This document shows, one piece after another, positions 10,854-20,243 of a stretch of DNA of 64,000 bases. Numbering within the stretch: the stretch's first letter is position 1; the number at the start of each line of letters is the position of its first letter. The DNA is from an uncultured Alphaproteobacteria bacterium (lineage in GTDB: Bacteria; Pseudomonadota; Alphaproteobacteria; UBA11222), in contig CAMTWQ010000011.1 in the NCBI GenBank assembly GCA_947085465.1, positions 18,703 through 82,702 of the forward strand. Direction: 5' to 3'. The notes beneath the pieces are model-generated. The model made no database searches. It was not told where the DNA came from and worked only from the letters and a program-made list of their open reading frames with translations. The translations under genes were made by a program, and so were the position numbers.

Positions 10854-10970
10854 TAGAGCCTTTCCCGGTCAGGTTGGCCCAACCTGACCGGACAAGAAAG
10901 GCTCTAAGTGAATGTATTAGACCATTTTTATCCTGATCGGATTGATTCAATCCGATCAGGAAATGGTCTA
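10854..10970. repeat. Composite hairpin repeat, modules D + C (reverse orientation of the C-D copies)
   Basis: Module D reads tagagcctttcccggtcaggttg...caacctgaccgg...aaaggctcta. The linker agtgaatgtat is the reverse complement of acacattcact. Module C reads tagaccattt..cctgatcggattga-t-tcaatccgatcaggaaatggtcta. Confidence 0.9.
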
Positions 10971-11033
10971 GAGCAATCAGCGGCAATCTTGCGCGCGTGA
11001 AAAATAACTCAACTCAGCAGGGAGAATACTAAA

Positions 11034-11930
11034 ATGGCGGGATTATGCGAAGGCCGGATCGTGGTCGTCACTGGCGGCGGGCGTGGACTGGGGCGCGAAC
11101 ATTGCCTGTTATTCGCCAAGGAGGGCGCCAAGGTGGTGGTCAACGACCTGGGCGGCAGCGTGGCCGGCGAGGGAGCAACCCTTAGCGCCGCCCAGCAGGT
11201 GGCCAAGGAAATCACCGATGCGGGCGGCAAGGCCGTCGCCAATGGCGATGACATTTCTGATTGGGACGGCGCCGAGCGGATGATCAAGCAGGCCATTGAC
11301 ACCTATGGCGGGCTTGACGTGCTGGTCAACAACGCGGGCATTTTGCGCGACAAGATGATGGTCAACATGTCGATGGATGAGTGGAACGCCGTGATCAAGG
11401 TGCATTTGACCGGCACCTTCTGCCCGATGCGTCATGCTTCTGATTACTGGCGCCAGAATGCCAAAAATGGCAATACCAATGACGGGCGCATTATCAATAC
11501 AACCTCGGTCTCCGGCCTGTTCGGCAATCCTGGGCAGTTGAATTACGCCGCCGCCAAGGCCGGCATAGCTGCGATGACGATTGTCGCCTCGCGCGAACTG
11601 GCGCGCCTCAATGTCACCTGTAACGCGATTTCGCCGGGCGCGTTCACCCGCATGACGGAAAATCTGATGCCCAAGCGCGAGCTGAAAGAAGGCCAGTTTG
11701 ACCGTCAGAATCCGGGCAACGTATCGCCGATGGTGGTGTGGCTGGGCAGCAAGGAATCAAAGGACGTGACCGGCCGCGTGCTTGAAACCATGGGTGGCGG
11801 CTTTGGCACTTATAACGGTTGGGAACGCGCCGTGCGGGAAAAATTCGACCACCGGCTCGATCCCAAGGAAATGGGCCCGATCGTCGAGCGGATGCTGGAA
11901 AAAACCCATCCGCTGTCGAAGCTGAGTTAA
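11034..11930 (+). CDS. SDR-family NAD(P)-dependent oxidoreductase (hydroxyacyl-CoA dehydrogenase-like)
   Basis: 298 aa. The Rossmann motif VVVTGGGRGLG, NNAG and a YAAAK catalytic dyad are present. Confidence 0.85.
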   Translation: MAGLCEGRIVVVTGGGRGLGREHCLLFAKEGAKVVVNDLGGSVAGEGATLSAAQQVAKEITDAGGKAVANGDDISDWDGAERMIKQAIDTYGGLDVLVNNAGILRDKMMVNMSMDEWNAVIKVHLTGTFCPMRHASDYWRQNAKNGNTNDGRIINTTSVSGLFGNPGQLNYAAAKAGIAAMTIVASRELARLNVTCNAISPGAFTRMTENLMPKRELKEGQFDRQNPGNVSPMVVWLGSKESKDVTGRVLETMGGGFGTYNGWERAVREKFDHRLDPKEMGPIVERMLEKTHPLSKLS

Positions 11931-11931
11931 G

Positions 11932-12088
<157 letters not shown>

Positions 12089-12089
<1 letters not shown>

Positions 12090-12946
12090 TACCCCACCGG
12101 CACATAGCGCACATGCAGTTCCGGCGTGATCACCACCAGATTGTTTTTCGGCACCGGCGTCCAATCGCTGCGCATGTCGGTGAGTGGTTCAGAGGCGATG
12201 ATCACCGCCTGGGCGCGGCGGACGGTTGGCCGCATGCGGTATTGCCCGTCGAATAGCTCAAACCGGTCGCCGGAGCTGACATAGAGCGTCAGCGGATCGG
12301 AATCAGCGACCGCCACATATTTCGAGGCGACCACCGTCTGCCCGTCCGTGATCGCAAAATTGAACCGCGAGGAATCACTAACCCCTGCCTCGCGCAGCCA
12401 GGTTTCGATCTGCTGAATGGTGAACGTCATCGCATCTGTCAGATCATCAATCGTATAGTCATCAAGGCGCGGCAAAAGCCGGTTCAAAAACACCGCAAAG
12501 GCATGCTCGGAATCCGTCGTGCCGTCGATAATGTCATACACATGATCATCAAGAGAGGCGCGCAACCGGCGCTTGATCTTGGCGAACCCATTAACCGAGC
12601 CGTTATGCATCCACAAAAAACGGTCATACTGAAATGGATGGCAATTCGCCTCGCTGACCGCCAGCCCAGGCGTCGCCGCCCGCACATGGGCGAAAAAACA
12701 GGTGGAGCGGATTTTATCCGCCAGCCGGTGCAGATTGCGGTTGCTCCAGGCCGGCTGCACGCTGGTAAACACGCAGGGCGTTGGATCGACTTCGGGCGCA
12801 TACCAGCCCACGCCGAAGCCGTCTCCGTTCAAAGGCTCATGGTGTTCGCGAGCCTTAAAGCTTTGCTGAATCAGCGATTGCGCGGACTTGGTGAGCAAGT
12901 CCGACATGAACATTTCGCGGCCCTTGTAGACCAGAAACCTGCACAT
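12089..12946 (-). CDS. Class-II (Ntn) glutamine amidotransferase, YafJ/EgtC-like
   Basis: 285 aa. It begins MC(RFLVYKG), the Cys2 nucleophile typical of Ntn GATases, and contains HVRAAT and NCHPF motifs. Confidence 0.8.
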
Positions 12947-12999
12947 TACCCTACCTCCAACGCCGCCAACGTATCTAATAGCTGGCGCAGCGGCGAGTC

Positions 13000-14154
13000 T
13001 TACGTATCCAAAGATAAAATTTCCATAACATCTGCCGCCCCGCGCACTGGGCGCGGGTTGGTTTTGATCCAGAAGTCCTGCATGCTTTTTTCCGCCACTT
13101 CCATGTAGCGGTTCTGTCCCACCTCAACCTCGGCCAGGCTGCAAGGCAGCCCCAAATCACGGATCAGCGCACGCACGCAATCGGCCGGGTTTTCGCCCGG
13201 CAGTCCCAGCGTCGCCGCCACCAGCGCCTGGCGCGCGTCATTCACGCCCTCGTTCCAGCGCAGCACCTTGGGCAGCATCACACATGACGTATAGCCATGC
13301 GGCACATTACAGGCGCCACCGAGCACATGGCCGATGGCATGGCTCGCCCCCATCGGAATACCCGCCGCAATCGAGGTCATGGCCTGCCACACGCCGATCA
13401 GGCAGTTGAGCCGCGCCTCAAGGTCGGCTGGATTTTTCTTCACCCCGCGCAGCCCCTCCGCCAGCAGCGCCAGCGCGCTTTTCGCAATGCCATCCGCATA
13501 CGGATTGGATTGCAGTGACGACAATGTTTCAACCGTGTGATCGACGGCGCGAATGCCGGTTGAGAGCCACAACCATTCCGGCGTGTGCAGGCACAATGCC
13601 GGATCAAGGATAACGGTGATAGGAACGCATAGCGGATGGCTATAGCCTTCCTTCATGCCGCGCCCGGCGTCGGTGCAGCCGCCAAAGGCGCTAAATTCGC
13701 CCCCCGATAGCGTCGTCGGCACGGTAATTTGCCGCACCTCCGGCGCGCGAATATTCGCCAGGTTGCGCGCCGCCACACGGTAATTATCAAGCGCCCGCGC
13801 ATCGCTTATGTCATTGGCCAGGCAAAGTTGCACGACCTTGCCGCCGTCGGTAAGCGAGCCGCCGCCGATGGTGACTATAAGATCGGCGTTAACGGTGCGC
13901 GCCCCAGCTGCCGCCGCAATCACCGCCTCACGCGGCGTGTGCGGCGGCATCGCGTCAAACTCGCCGGCATAGCGCTGGCCCAGCGCCGTGCGCACCTTGG
14001 CGATTTCATCCGTATGCCGGTTTAGCGCGCCGCTGACCATAAGAAAGACGCGGGCGGCGCCAAGCCGCTCTGCCTCCCCGGCCACCGCCTCAGCCGCCGC
14101 CACGCCAAACACCACCTGCTCCATTTTGGTGGCTATCATTTTTCCGTGGACCAT
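13000..14154 (-). CDS. Iron-containing alcohol dehydrogenase family (maleylacetate reductase-like)
   Basis: 384 aa. GGGSLTDGGK and the His-rich metal site (ASHAIGHVLGG...PHG) are present. Confidence 0.85.
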   Translation of the reverse strand: MVHGKMIATKMEQVVFGVAAAEAVAGEAERLGAARVFLMVSGALNRHTDEIAKVRTALGQRYAGEFDAMPPHTPREAVIAAAAGARTVNADLIVTIGGGSLTDGGKVVQLCLANDISDARALDNYRVAARNLANIRAPEVRQITVPTTLSGGEFSAFGGCTDAGRGMKEGYSHPLCVPITVILDPALCLHTPEWLWLSTGIRAVDHTVETLSSLQSNPYADGIAKSALALLAEGLRGVKKNPADLEARLNCLIGVWQAMTSIAAGIPMGASHAIGHVLGGACNVPHGYTSCVMLPKVLRWNEGVNDARQALVAATLGLPGENPADCVRALIRDLGLPCSLAEVEVGQNRYMEVAEKSMQDFWIKTNPRPVRGAADVMEILSLDT

Positions 14155-14165
14155 GGCGCCGCTCC

Positions 14166-14591
14166 TTACTGCGGGCAGGTGAACAATATCTTCCCGTCAC
14201 GCAACGCAAACCGCCAGCCCTTTGGGGTGCGGACAAATTTATCCTTGTAGTAGCCCGCCATCATCGGCCCCGGCACCTTGGCGGCCCGCTCACCATCCTG
14301 ATCGGCGCGGAACAGGCTGAGATAGGTAACACCCTCCGCATGATCAGCGTCCAGCACATTGGTCCAGATGTTGGTGAAGATATGCAGTGACCTGCGGTTA
14401 TCAGGACGCCCGGTGAGAAAGCCCATTAACGCCTCGCGCCCGCGCAACGGCGGCCCCGTCACCGCCAGTTCTCCATCTTCCGTAAACAGATCGCAAAAGG
14501 CGTCATATTCCCGGAAATCCAGATGCCTGGCGTAGGCGATGCTGAGCTTTTCACATTCGCGTTCAATCTGCCCGCGTTCGGCTTCATTCAT
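14166..14591 (-). CDS. NTF2-like / SnoaL-like domain protein
   Basis: The pattern IERECEKLSIAYARHLDFREYDAFCDLFTEDGEL is typical of SnoaL_4/NTF2 folds. The start at 14591 is chosen because GGAGAGGAG lies 7-8 nt upstream; the ORF track extends to 14633. Confidence 0.7.
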   Translation of the reverse strand: MNEAERGQIERECEKLSIAYARHLDFREYDAFCDLFTEDGELAVTGPPLRGREALMGFLTGRPDNRRSLHIFTNIWTNVLDADHAEGVTYLSLFRADQDGERAAKVPGPMMAGYYKDKFVRTPKGWRFALRDGKILFTCPQ

Positions 14592-14613
14592 GGGTTTGCT
14601 CCTCTCCATCGTG

Positions 14614-15657
14614 TTATCGTGTGGGATCGTCACTAAGTTGCACTAACTGTTTGCCGAAATTGCGCCCGGTCAGCAGGCCCTGAAAGGCGCTGACCGCGTT
14701 CTCCAGACCAAGGGCAATGTCCTCGCGGTGGGTGATTTTTCCTTCCCGTAACCAGCCGCTGACTTCACGCTGAAATTCATCAAAACGGTCACGATGATCG
14801 CCGATGACAAAGCCGCTGGCGCGCATCCGCCGGCCAATCATGCCCATCATTGTTGCATGGGTTTTGTTCGGCCCCTCCGGCGGCGTGATGGCGTTGTAGC
14901 CGGATATTCCCCCGCACAGCACCAGACGGGAATAATTATTCATCTGCGGATACACCGCCTCGAACACCTTGCCGCCAACATTCTCGAAATACACATCGAC
15001 GCCTTTTGGGCAGGCGTTGCGCAGTTCCGCATATAATGCGGGGCTGTGATGGCTGATGCAGGCGTCATATCCCAGCGCCTCGACCGCATAGGCGCATTTT
15101 TCCGGGATGCCTGCAATACCAACGGCGCGGCAGCCTTTGAGTTTGGCAATCTGACCGGCAAGCGAGCCGACCGAGCCGGTGGCGGCGGACACCACCACCG
15201 TCTCGCCGGCTTTCGGCTGGCCAAGCTCCAGCAATCCATACCATGCGGTGAAGCCAGGCATGCCGAGCACGCCAAGCGCCGCATTGATGGGCGCAGCTTT
15301 TGGATCAAGCTTGCGCAGGCCCAACGCATCGGCGCCGATAAGGCCGAATTCCTGCCAGCCAACCGTGTCGCAAAATACAAAATCACCGGCGGCGTAACCG
15401 GCCAGGTTAGATTCCAGCACCTGCGAGACCGTGCGTCCCGTGATGACGCCGCCGATTTGCACGGGCGCCGCATAAGAAGGCCCATCATTCATCCGGCCGC
15501 GCACGTAAGGATCAAGCGAGAGATAAATCACCCGGGTCAGCATTTGGCCGGGGCCTGGCGCTTGTATCGCCGTCTCGATCAGCTTGAAATCCGAGTCCCT
15601 GGGCGCTCCAACTGGGCGCGCCGTGAGAACGATCTGCCGGTTCGACTGATTTCGCAT
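14614..15657 (-). CDS. NADP-dependent MDR oxidoreductase (YncB/CurA/PTGR-like enone reductase)
   Basis: 347 aa. The N-terminus has LTARPVGAPRDSDFKL and YLSLDPYVRGRM, and the cofactor motif is AATGSVGSLAGQIAK. Confidence 0.85.
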   Translation of the reverse strand: MRNQSNRQIVLTARPVGAPRDSDFKLIETAIQAPGPGQMLTRVIYLSLDPYVRGRMNDGPSYAAPVQIGGVITGRTVSQVLESNLAGYAAGDFVFCDTVGWQEFGLIGADALGLRKLDPKAAPINAALGVLGMPGFTAWYGLLELGQPKAGETVVVSAATGSVGSLAGQIAKLKGCRAVGIAGIPEKCAYAVEALGYDACISHHSPALYAELRNACPKGVDVYFENVGGKVFEAVYPQMNNYSRLVLCGGISGYNAITPPEGPNKTHATMMGMIGRRMRASGFVIGDHRDRFDEFQREVSGWLREGKITHREDIALGLENAVSAFQGLLTGRNFGKQLVQLSDDPTR

Positions 15658-15938
15658 CGCCTGCCCCCGCTGTTTTTTGTCCTTTTTTTCAGTATAGACT
15701 TAAGCTGGCACGAGCATAACCACAAAACGCCATGCCCTGAAAAATACCTGTGTAAGAACGCTTCCAGAGTGGGGTGTGTATTACGCCGCTGCGCCGGCAT
15801 GTAAATGGCTTGCTACTGGCCGTGGGCTGGTCTGGCCGCGATTAAGCAATTATTTACCAGGTGTCCTGAATAATGCTGCTGCTTAACTTTTCCGTGCGCG
15901 TGGGGCGTGGCGCATTCACCATCCAAGGAGAGCACACT

Positions 15939-16721
15939 ATGAAATCTGGCGTAATGATCATCGGTGCTAGCCTAATTCTGTCAGGCGCGGCGCTTGCGAA
16001 AGACAAACACGCCGCCGGGGGCCATAGCGCGCCGCACTGGGAATATACCGGCGCAATGGGCGCAGAAAACTGGGGCGATTTATCGCCTGATTTTGCGGCA
16101 TGTGGCGCGGGCAAAATGCAATCGCCCATCGACATTAAGGATGGCTTTCAGGCCGATGGCGCGCCTTTCACCCTGGATTACAAAGCCTCGCCGTTGAATA
16201 TCATCCATAACGGCCACACGGTTCAGGTTAATTTCGCGCCCGGCAGCAGTATGAGCCTTGGCGGCAAGAAATACGAACTCTTGCAGGTGCATTTCCACAC
16301 CCCAAGCGAACACGCGATCGACGGTAAACGCGCGCCGCTAGAAGGGCATTTTGTGCACAAAAGCGCGGAAGGCGCGCTGGCGGTGCTGGGCGTCATGATG
16401 CAGGAAGGCGCCGAGAACCCGGCGGTTGAAAGTGTCTGGAAGCATCTGCCGATGTCGGCTGGGCCGGCGCAAGCGATAGAGGGCGCATCCGTCTACCCGG
16501 TCGATTTCTTCCCGCCGAAACGGACCTACCATCGCTATATGGGTTCGCTCACCACGCCGCCGTGCAGCGAAGGCGTCAACTGGTTCGTGCTTACCGAGCC
16601 AATTTCGATCAGCTCCGCACAGTTGCAGAAATTCGCCAAGGCCACGGGGGAAAATTCCCGCCCGCTGCAACCCGTGAACAACCGGCTGGTGCTACAGCCC
16701 GTCAGCGCAGTAACCAACTGA
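15939..16721 (+). CDS. Alpha-class carbonic anhydrase, secreted
   Basis: HWEYTG, QSPIDI, HFHTPSEH (zinc-binding His residues) and GSLTTPPCSEGVNWFVL are present. The signal peptide is MKSGVMIIGASLILSGAALA. An AAGGAG RBS lies upstream of the ATG at 15939. Confidence 0.92.
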   Translation: MKSGVMIIGASLILSGAALAKDKHAAGGHSAPHWEYTGAMGAENWGDLSPDFAACGAGKMQSPIDIKDGFQADGAPFTLDYKASPLNIIHNGHTVQVNFAPGSSMSLGGKKYELLQVHFHTPSEHAIDGKRAPLEGHFVHKSAEGALAVLGVMMQEGAENPAVESVWKHLPMSAGPAQAIEGASVYPVDFFPPKRTYHRYMGSLTTPPCSEGVNWFVLTEPISISSAQLQKFAKATGENSRPLQPVNNRLVLQPVSAVTN

Positions 16722-16733
16722 GCACTGCGCTAT

Positions 16734-16802
16734 CCCCCAAAGCGCCAAGGGGGGCGCACTGCCCCCAAAGCGCCAAGGGGGGCGCACTGCCCCCCAAAGC
16801 GA
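16734..16802. repeat. 28-bp tandem repeat (2.5 units), each unit a G/C hairpin
   Basis: The unit cccccaaagcgccaaggggggcgcactg occurs at 16734-16761 and 16762-16789, with a partial third unit. It starts 13 nt after the carbonic anhydrase stop codon. Confidence 0.9.
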
Positions 16803-16899
16803 CGATTAGCCCGTTTCGCCTGAGAAATCTTGCCAATCCCCGGTTGGCGGGGTAATCCTCGTTCTGGCTGGAATCAGACTTGGAACGGGGCGTCCGCAA

Positions 16900-17673
16900 T
16901 TGAAAATTGTCATTCTCGCCGGGGGGCTAGGCACCCGCATATCGGAGGAATCGCACCTCCGCCCGAAGCCGATGATCGAAGTTGGCGGCCGACCGGTTCT
17001 GTGGCATATCATGAAGCTATACAGCCATCATGGCTTTAATGACTTCATCATCTGCGCCGGTTATCGCGGCTATATGATCAAGGAGTATTTCGCCAATTAT
17101 GTGTTGCATGCGTCCGACGTGACGGTGGATTTGCGGGCCAACGCCATCACCTACCATAAGGGCGAGGCGGAGCCGTGGCGGGTAACCATTGTCGATACCG
17201 GCGAAAACACCATGACCGGCGGCCGCCTGAAGCGGGTAGCGAATTATCTCGACGCCGGCGCGCCGTTTTGCATGACCTATGGCGATGGTCTGGCTGATGT
17301 GGACCTCAAGGCGCTCACCGCTTTTCACGTTGAAATGGGGCTTGAGGCGACGGTGACCGCCGTGCACCCGCCTGGCCGGTTTGGCTTGATGGATGTTGGC
17401 AGCGGCAGGGTGAGCACCTTCACCGAAAAACCGCCAGGTGACGGCAGCATGATCAGCGGCGGGTTTTTTGTGCTGGATCCCAAAGTATTATCGCGCATCA
17501 AAGATGACAGTACAGTTTGGGAACGCGCGCCAATGGAAGAGCTGGCGCGCGATGGGCAACTGGCGGCTTTCCGGCACTATGGCTTTTGGCAGCCAATGGA
17601 CACACAACGCGACAAGCAGCAGCTTGAAAAGCTGTGGGAAGAAGGCCACCCACCCTGGAAGATTTGGGAATGA
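16900..17673 (+). CDS. rfbF: Glucose-1-phosphate cytidylyltransferase
   Basis: 257 aa with a TTG start. MKIVILAGGLGTRISEESHLRPKPMIEVGGRPVLWHIMKLYSHHGFNDFIICAGYRGYMIKEYF is the canonical RfbF N-terminus. Confidence 0.92.
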   Translation: MKIVILAGGLGTRISEESHLRPKPMIEVGGRPVLWHIMKLYSHHGFNDFIICAGYRGYMIKEYFANYVLHASDVTVDLRANAITYHKGEAEPWRVTIVDTGENTMTGGRLKRVANYLDAGAPFCMTYGDGLADVDLKALTAFHVEMGLEATVTAVHPPGRFGLMDVGSGRVSTFTEKPPGDGSMISGGFFVLDPKVLSRIKDDSTVWERAPMEELARDGQLAAFRHYGFWQPMDTQRDKQQLEKLWEEGHPPWKIWE

Positions 17674-18920
17674 CCCAGGCGATGCTGGCGAACGCCCTCC
17701 GTTGCCGGTTTTGCCGCGCGCCGCTTACCTATAGCTTTGCTGATCTGGGCGCCACTCCGCTTGCCAATTCTTTTGTTGCGCCAGACTGGCTGGCCAAACC
17801 CGATCCGGTCTATCCGCTGCATGCCCGCGTTTGCGCCGGGTGTTTTCTGGTGCAGGTTGATGATGTTGTGCCGGCCGAAGATATTTTTAGCGATTACGCA
17901 TATTTTTCTTCCTATGCGGCAAGCTGGGTCGAACATGCGCGCCGGTATGCCGATGCGATGATCACGCGGTTTGCGCTGCGCGCGAACCATAAAGTCGTCG
18001 AGGTCGCCAGCAATGACGGCTATTTGCTGCGGCATTTTGTGGCCGCTGGCGTTCCGGTATTAGGGATTGAGCCCGCCGCCAATGTGGCGAAGGCGGCGCG
18101 TGAATTGGGCGTGCCAACCGAGGTGGCGTTTTTTGGCGCTGGCGCAGCGGCGCGCTTAAAGGCGCAAGGCTTCGCCGCCGATCTGATGGTGGCCAACAAC
18201 GTGCTGGCGCATGTGCCGGACATTAACGATTTTGTCGAAGGCTTTCGGATATTACTAAAGCCGCAAGGTGTATGGACCATCGAATTTCCGCATCTGATGC
18301 GTCTCATCCATGAAGTGCAGTTCGACACCATCTACCACGAGCATTATTCCTATTTTTCCCTGGGCGCGGTTGAACGCATTCTGGCGGCGCATGAATTGCG
18401 CGCCTTTGATGTGGAGGAACTGCGCACCCATGGCGGCAGCCTGCGGGTGTATGTGTGTCATACGGACGCGGAACATGAAACGGGCGAAGCGCTTCTGGGC
18501 TTGCGCCAGCGCGAGATAGACGCCGGTATGGATCGCATTGAGACCTATCAGGGCTTTGGCGCCAGGATCGCCAGGGTGAAAGAAGCGCTGCTCGGGTTTC
18601 TTTATGAGGCGAAACGCCAGGGCAAACGTGTCGCAGCTTATGGGGCGGCCGCAAAAGGCAACACGCTGCTAAATTTTAGTGGCGTCACGCATGATCTCAT
18701 TGAATTTGTTGCAGATAGTAATCCGCACAAGCAGGGGCGCTATTTACCGGGAAGCCGGCTGGAAATCCGCGCGCCTGAAGCTATTTTTACGGCCAGGCCG
18801 GAGTATGTGTTGATCCTGCCGTGGAACCTGGCGGATGAGATATGCAGCACGATGGCGGGCATTAGAGAATGGGGCGGAAAATTCGTGCTGCCTATTCCCA
18901 TGCTGCGCATTCTGGATTGA
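17670..18920 (+). CDS. NDP-hexose C-methyltransferase (TylCIII/NovU-type: Zn-ribbon + class I MTase + C-methyltransferase C-domain)
   Basis: It has a Cys4 N-terminal ribbon (CRFCRAPL...CAGCFLVQV), an MTase core (VVEVASNDGYLL), and a C-domain (AAYGAAAKGNTLLNF...ADSNPHKQGRYLPGS). Its ATG overlaps the rfbF stop codon (ATGA). Confidence 0.85.
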   Translation: MTQAMLANALRCRFCRAPLTYSFADLGATPLANSFVAPDWLAKPDPVYPLHARVCAGCFLVQVDDVVPAEDIFSDYAYFSSYAASWVEHARRYADAMITRFALRANHKVVEVASNDGYLLRHFVAAGVPVLGIEPAANVAKAARELGVPTEVAFFGAGAAARLKAQGFAADLMVANNVLAHVPDINDFVEGFRILLKPQGVWTIEFPHLMRLIHEVQFDTIYHEHYSYFSLGAVERILAAHELRAFDVEELRTHGGSLRVYVCHTDAEHETGEALLGLRQREIDAGMDRIETYQGFGARIARVKEALLGFLYEAKRQGKRVAAYGAAAKGNTLLNFSGVTHDLIEFVADSNPHKQGRYLPGSRLEIRAPEAIFTARPEYVLILPWNLADEICSTMAGIREWGGKFVLPIPMLRILD

Positions 18921-18924
18921 ACCG

Positions 18925-19458
18925 ATGCGCGCAGTTCCTACCGCGATCCCCGGCGTGACAATCATTGAAACTGAAACCATGCGCGACGAGCGCGGCGGGT
19001 TCATGCGTAGCTTTTGCGAACGCGAATTTGCGCAGGCTGGCATCACATTTCACACAGTGCAGACAAACCTATCCCATAATGTGAAAAAGGGCACATTGCG
19101 CGGCATGCATTATCAGGACATGCGCGCGCCGGAACCCAAAATCGTGCGCTGCGTCAGAGGAGTAATTTACGACGTGGCGCTGGATGTGCGCCATGGCTCC
19201 GCCACCTTCGGCAAATGGGAAGCGGCCGAGCTGAGCGCCGAAAATGGCCGCGCGCTATATATCGATGGCGGCATTGCGCACGGCTTTATCAGCCTTACCG
19301 ATGATGCGGAATTGCTGTATCATATGGGAGCGTTTTATGAAGCGGAACTGGCAAGAACCGTCCGGTGGAATGATCCCTTATTCAATATAGTCTGGCCGAT
19401 TGAACCCATTGTAATATCCGCGTGCGACGCCAGCGCGCCGGATTTTCACCAGTCATGA
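18925..19458 (+). CDS. dTDP-4-dehydrorhamnose 3,5-epimerase-family (RfbC-like cupin) sugar epimerase
   Basis: IPGVTIIETETMRDERGGFMRSF ... GTLRGMHYQ ... ALYIDGGIAHGF matches the RmlC pattern. The start is taken at the internal ATG at 18925, 5 nt after the upstream stop codon. Confidence 0.85.
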   Translation: MRAVPTAIPGVTIIETETMRDERGGFMRSFCEREFAQAGITFHTVQTNLSHNVKKGTLRGMHYQDMRAPEPKIVRCVRGVIYDVALDVRHGSATFGKWEAAELSAENGRALYIDGGIAHGFISLTDDAELLYHMGAFYEAELARTVRWNDPLFNIVWPIEPIVISACDASAPDFHQS

Positions 19459-19477
19459 GCAGGATATAAAGTATCAG

Positions 19478-20212
19478 ATGACCCCCGAAGCGGAATTTGC
19501 GCAGGAGCGCCGGGACATAATTGAACGTTTGGGCAACAACACGGCGCTAAAACGCGCGTCGCTTGAGTGGAACCTGCGCGCCTGGAAAGCCAAATACAGC
19601 TACAATTTCTCCTGGGGCGGCCTGCCGATTATCCAGTTACCGCAAGATGTAATGGCGATTCAGGAAATCATTTGGCAAGTGCGGCCAGAGCTGATTATCG
19701 AAACCGGAATTGCGCGCGGCGGCTCGTTGATTTTTCATGCGTCAATTCTTGAGATGCTCGGCGGCGGTGGCGTTTTGGGTGTCGACATTGATATTCGCGA
19801 ACACAACCGCCGCGCCATTGAATCTCATCGCCTGGCCAAGCGCATCAACTTGCTTCAGGGATCATCTATAGATCCCGCAATCATTCGCCAGGTTCATACA
19901 GCAGCGCAAGGTAAGCAGCGGGTGCTGGTGATCCTCGATTCGAACCATACGCATGCGCATGTGCTGGCGGAAATGCAGGCCTATGCGCCATTGGTGAAAA
20001 AAGGCGGCTACCTGATCGTACTTGACACCATCATCGAGGATTTTCCGGCGGAGGAGTTTCATGACCGGCCCTGGCGGCCAGGTAATAGCCCGAAATCAGC
20101 CTTGTTCGAATATTTGCGAACCAATGACCGCTTTGAGATCGACGCCAGCATCGATGCGAAGTTGCAAATTTCCGTTGCGCCATGCGGCTATCTGAAATGC
20201 ATCAAGGATTGA
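19478..20212 (+). CDS. Cephalosporin hydroxylase (CmcI)-family methyltransferase
   Basis: 244 aa. YSYNFSWGGLPIIQLPQDVMAIQEIIWQVRPELIIETGIARGGSLIFHA is characteristic of the CmcI/rhamnosyl O-methyltransferase family. Confidence 0.8.
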   Translation: MTPEAEFAQERRDIIERLGNNTALKRASLEWNLRAWKAKYSYNFSWGGLPIIQLPQDVMAIQEIIWQVRPELIIETGIARGGSLIFHASILEMLGGGGVLGVDIDIREHNRRAIESHRLAKRINLLQGSSIDPAIIRQVHTAAQGKQRVLVILDSNHTHAHVLAEMQAYAPLVKKGGYLIVLDTIIEDFPAEEFHDRPWRPGNSPKSALFEYLRTNDRFEIDASIDAKLQISVAPCGYLKCIKD

Positions 20213-20243
20213 CGCCAATTGCATCTCTGCGGGAAAGACCCGC

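Noticed and set aside
15706-15720. TGGCAC-gagca-TAAC upstream of the carbonic anhydrase gene, considered as a possible sigma-54 promoter. A TGG...TTGC string at ~56010-56030 on the minus strand upstream of the EPS operon was considered in the same way.
   Set aside because: The first lacks the conserved GC of the -12 element (TTGC). The second has the wrong -24/-12 spacing (10 instead of 12). Neither is good enough to call without a position-weight-matrix scan.
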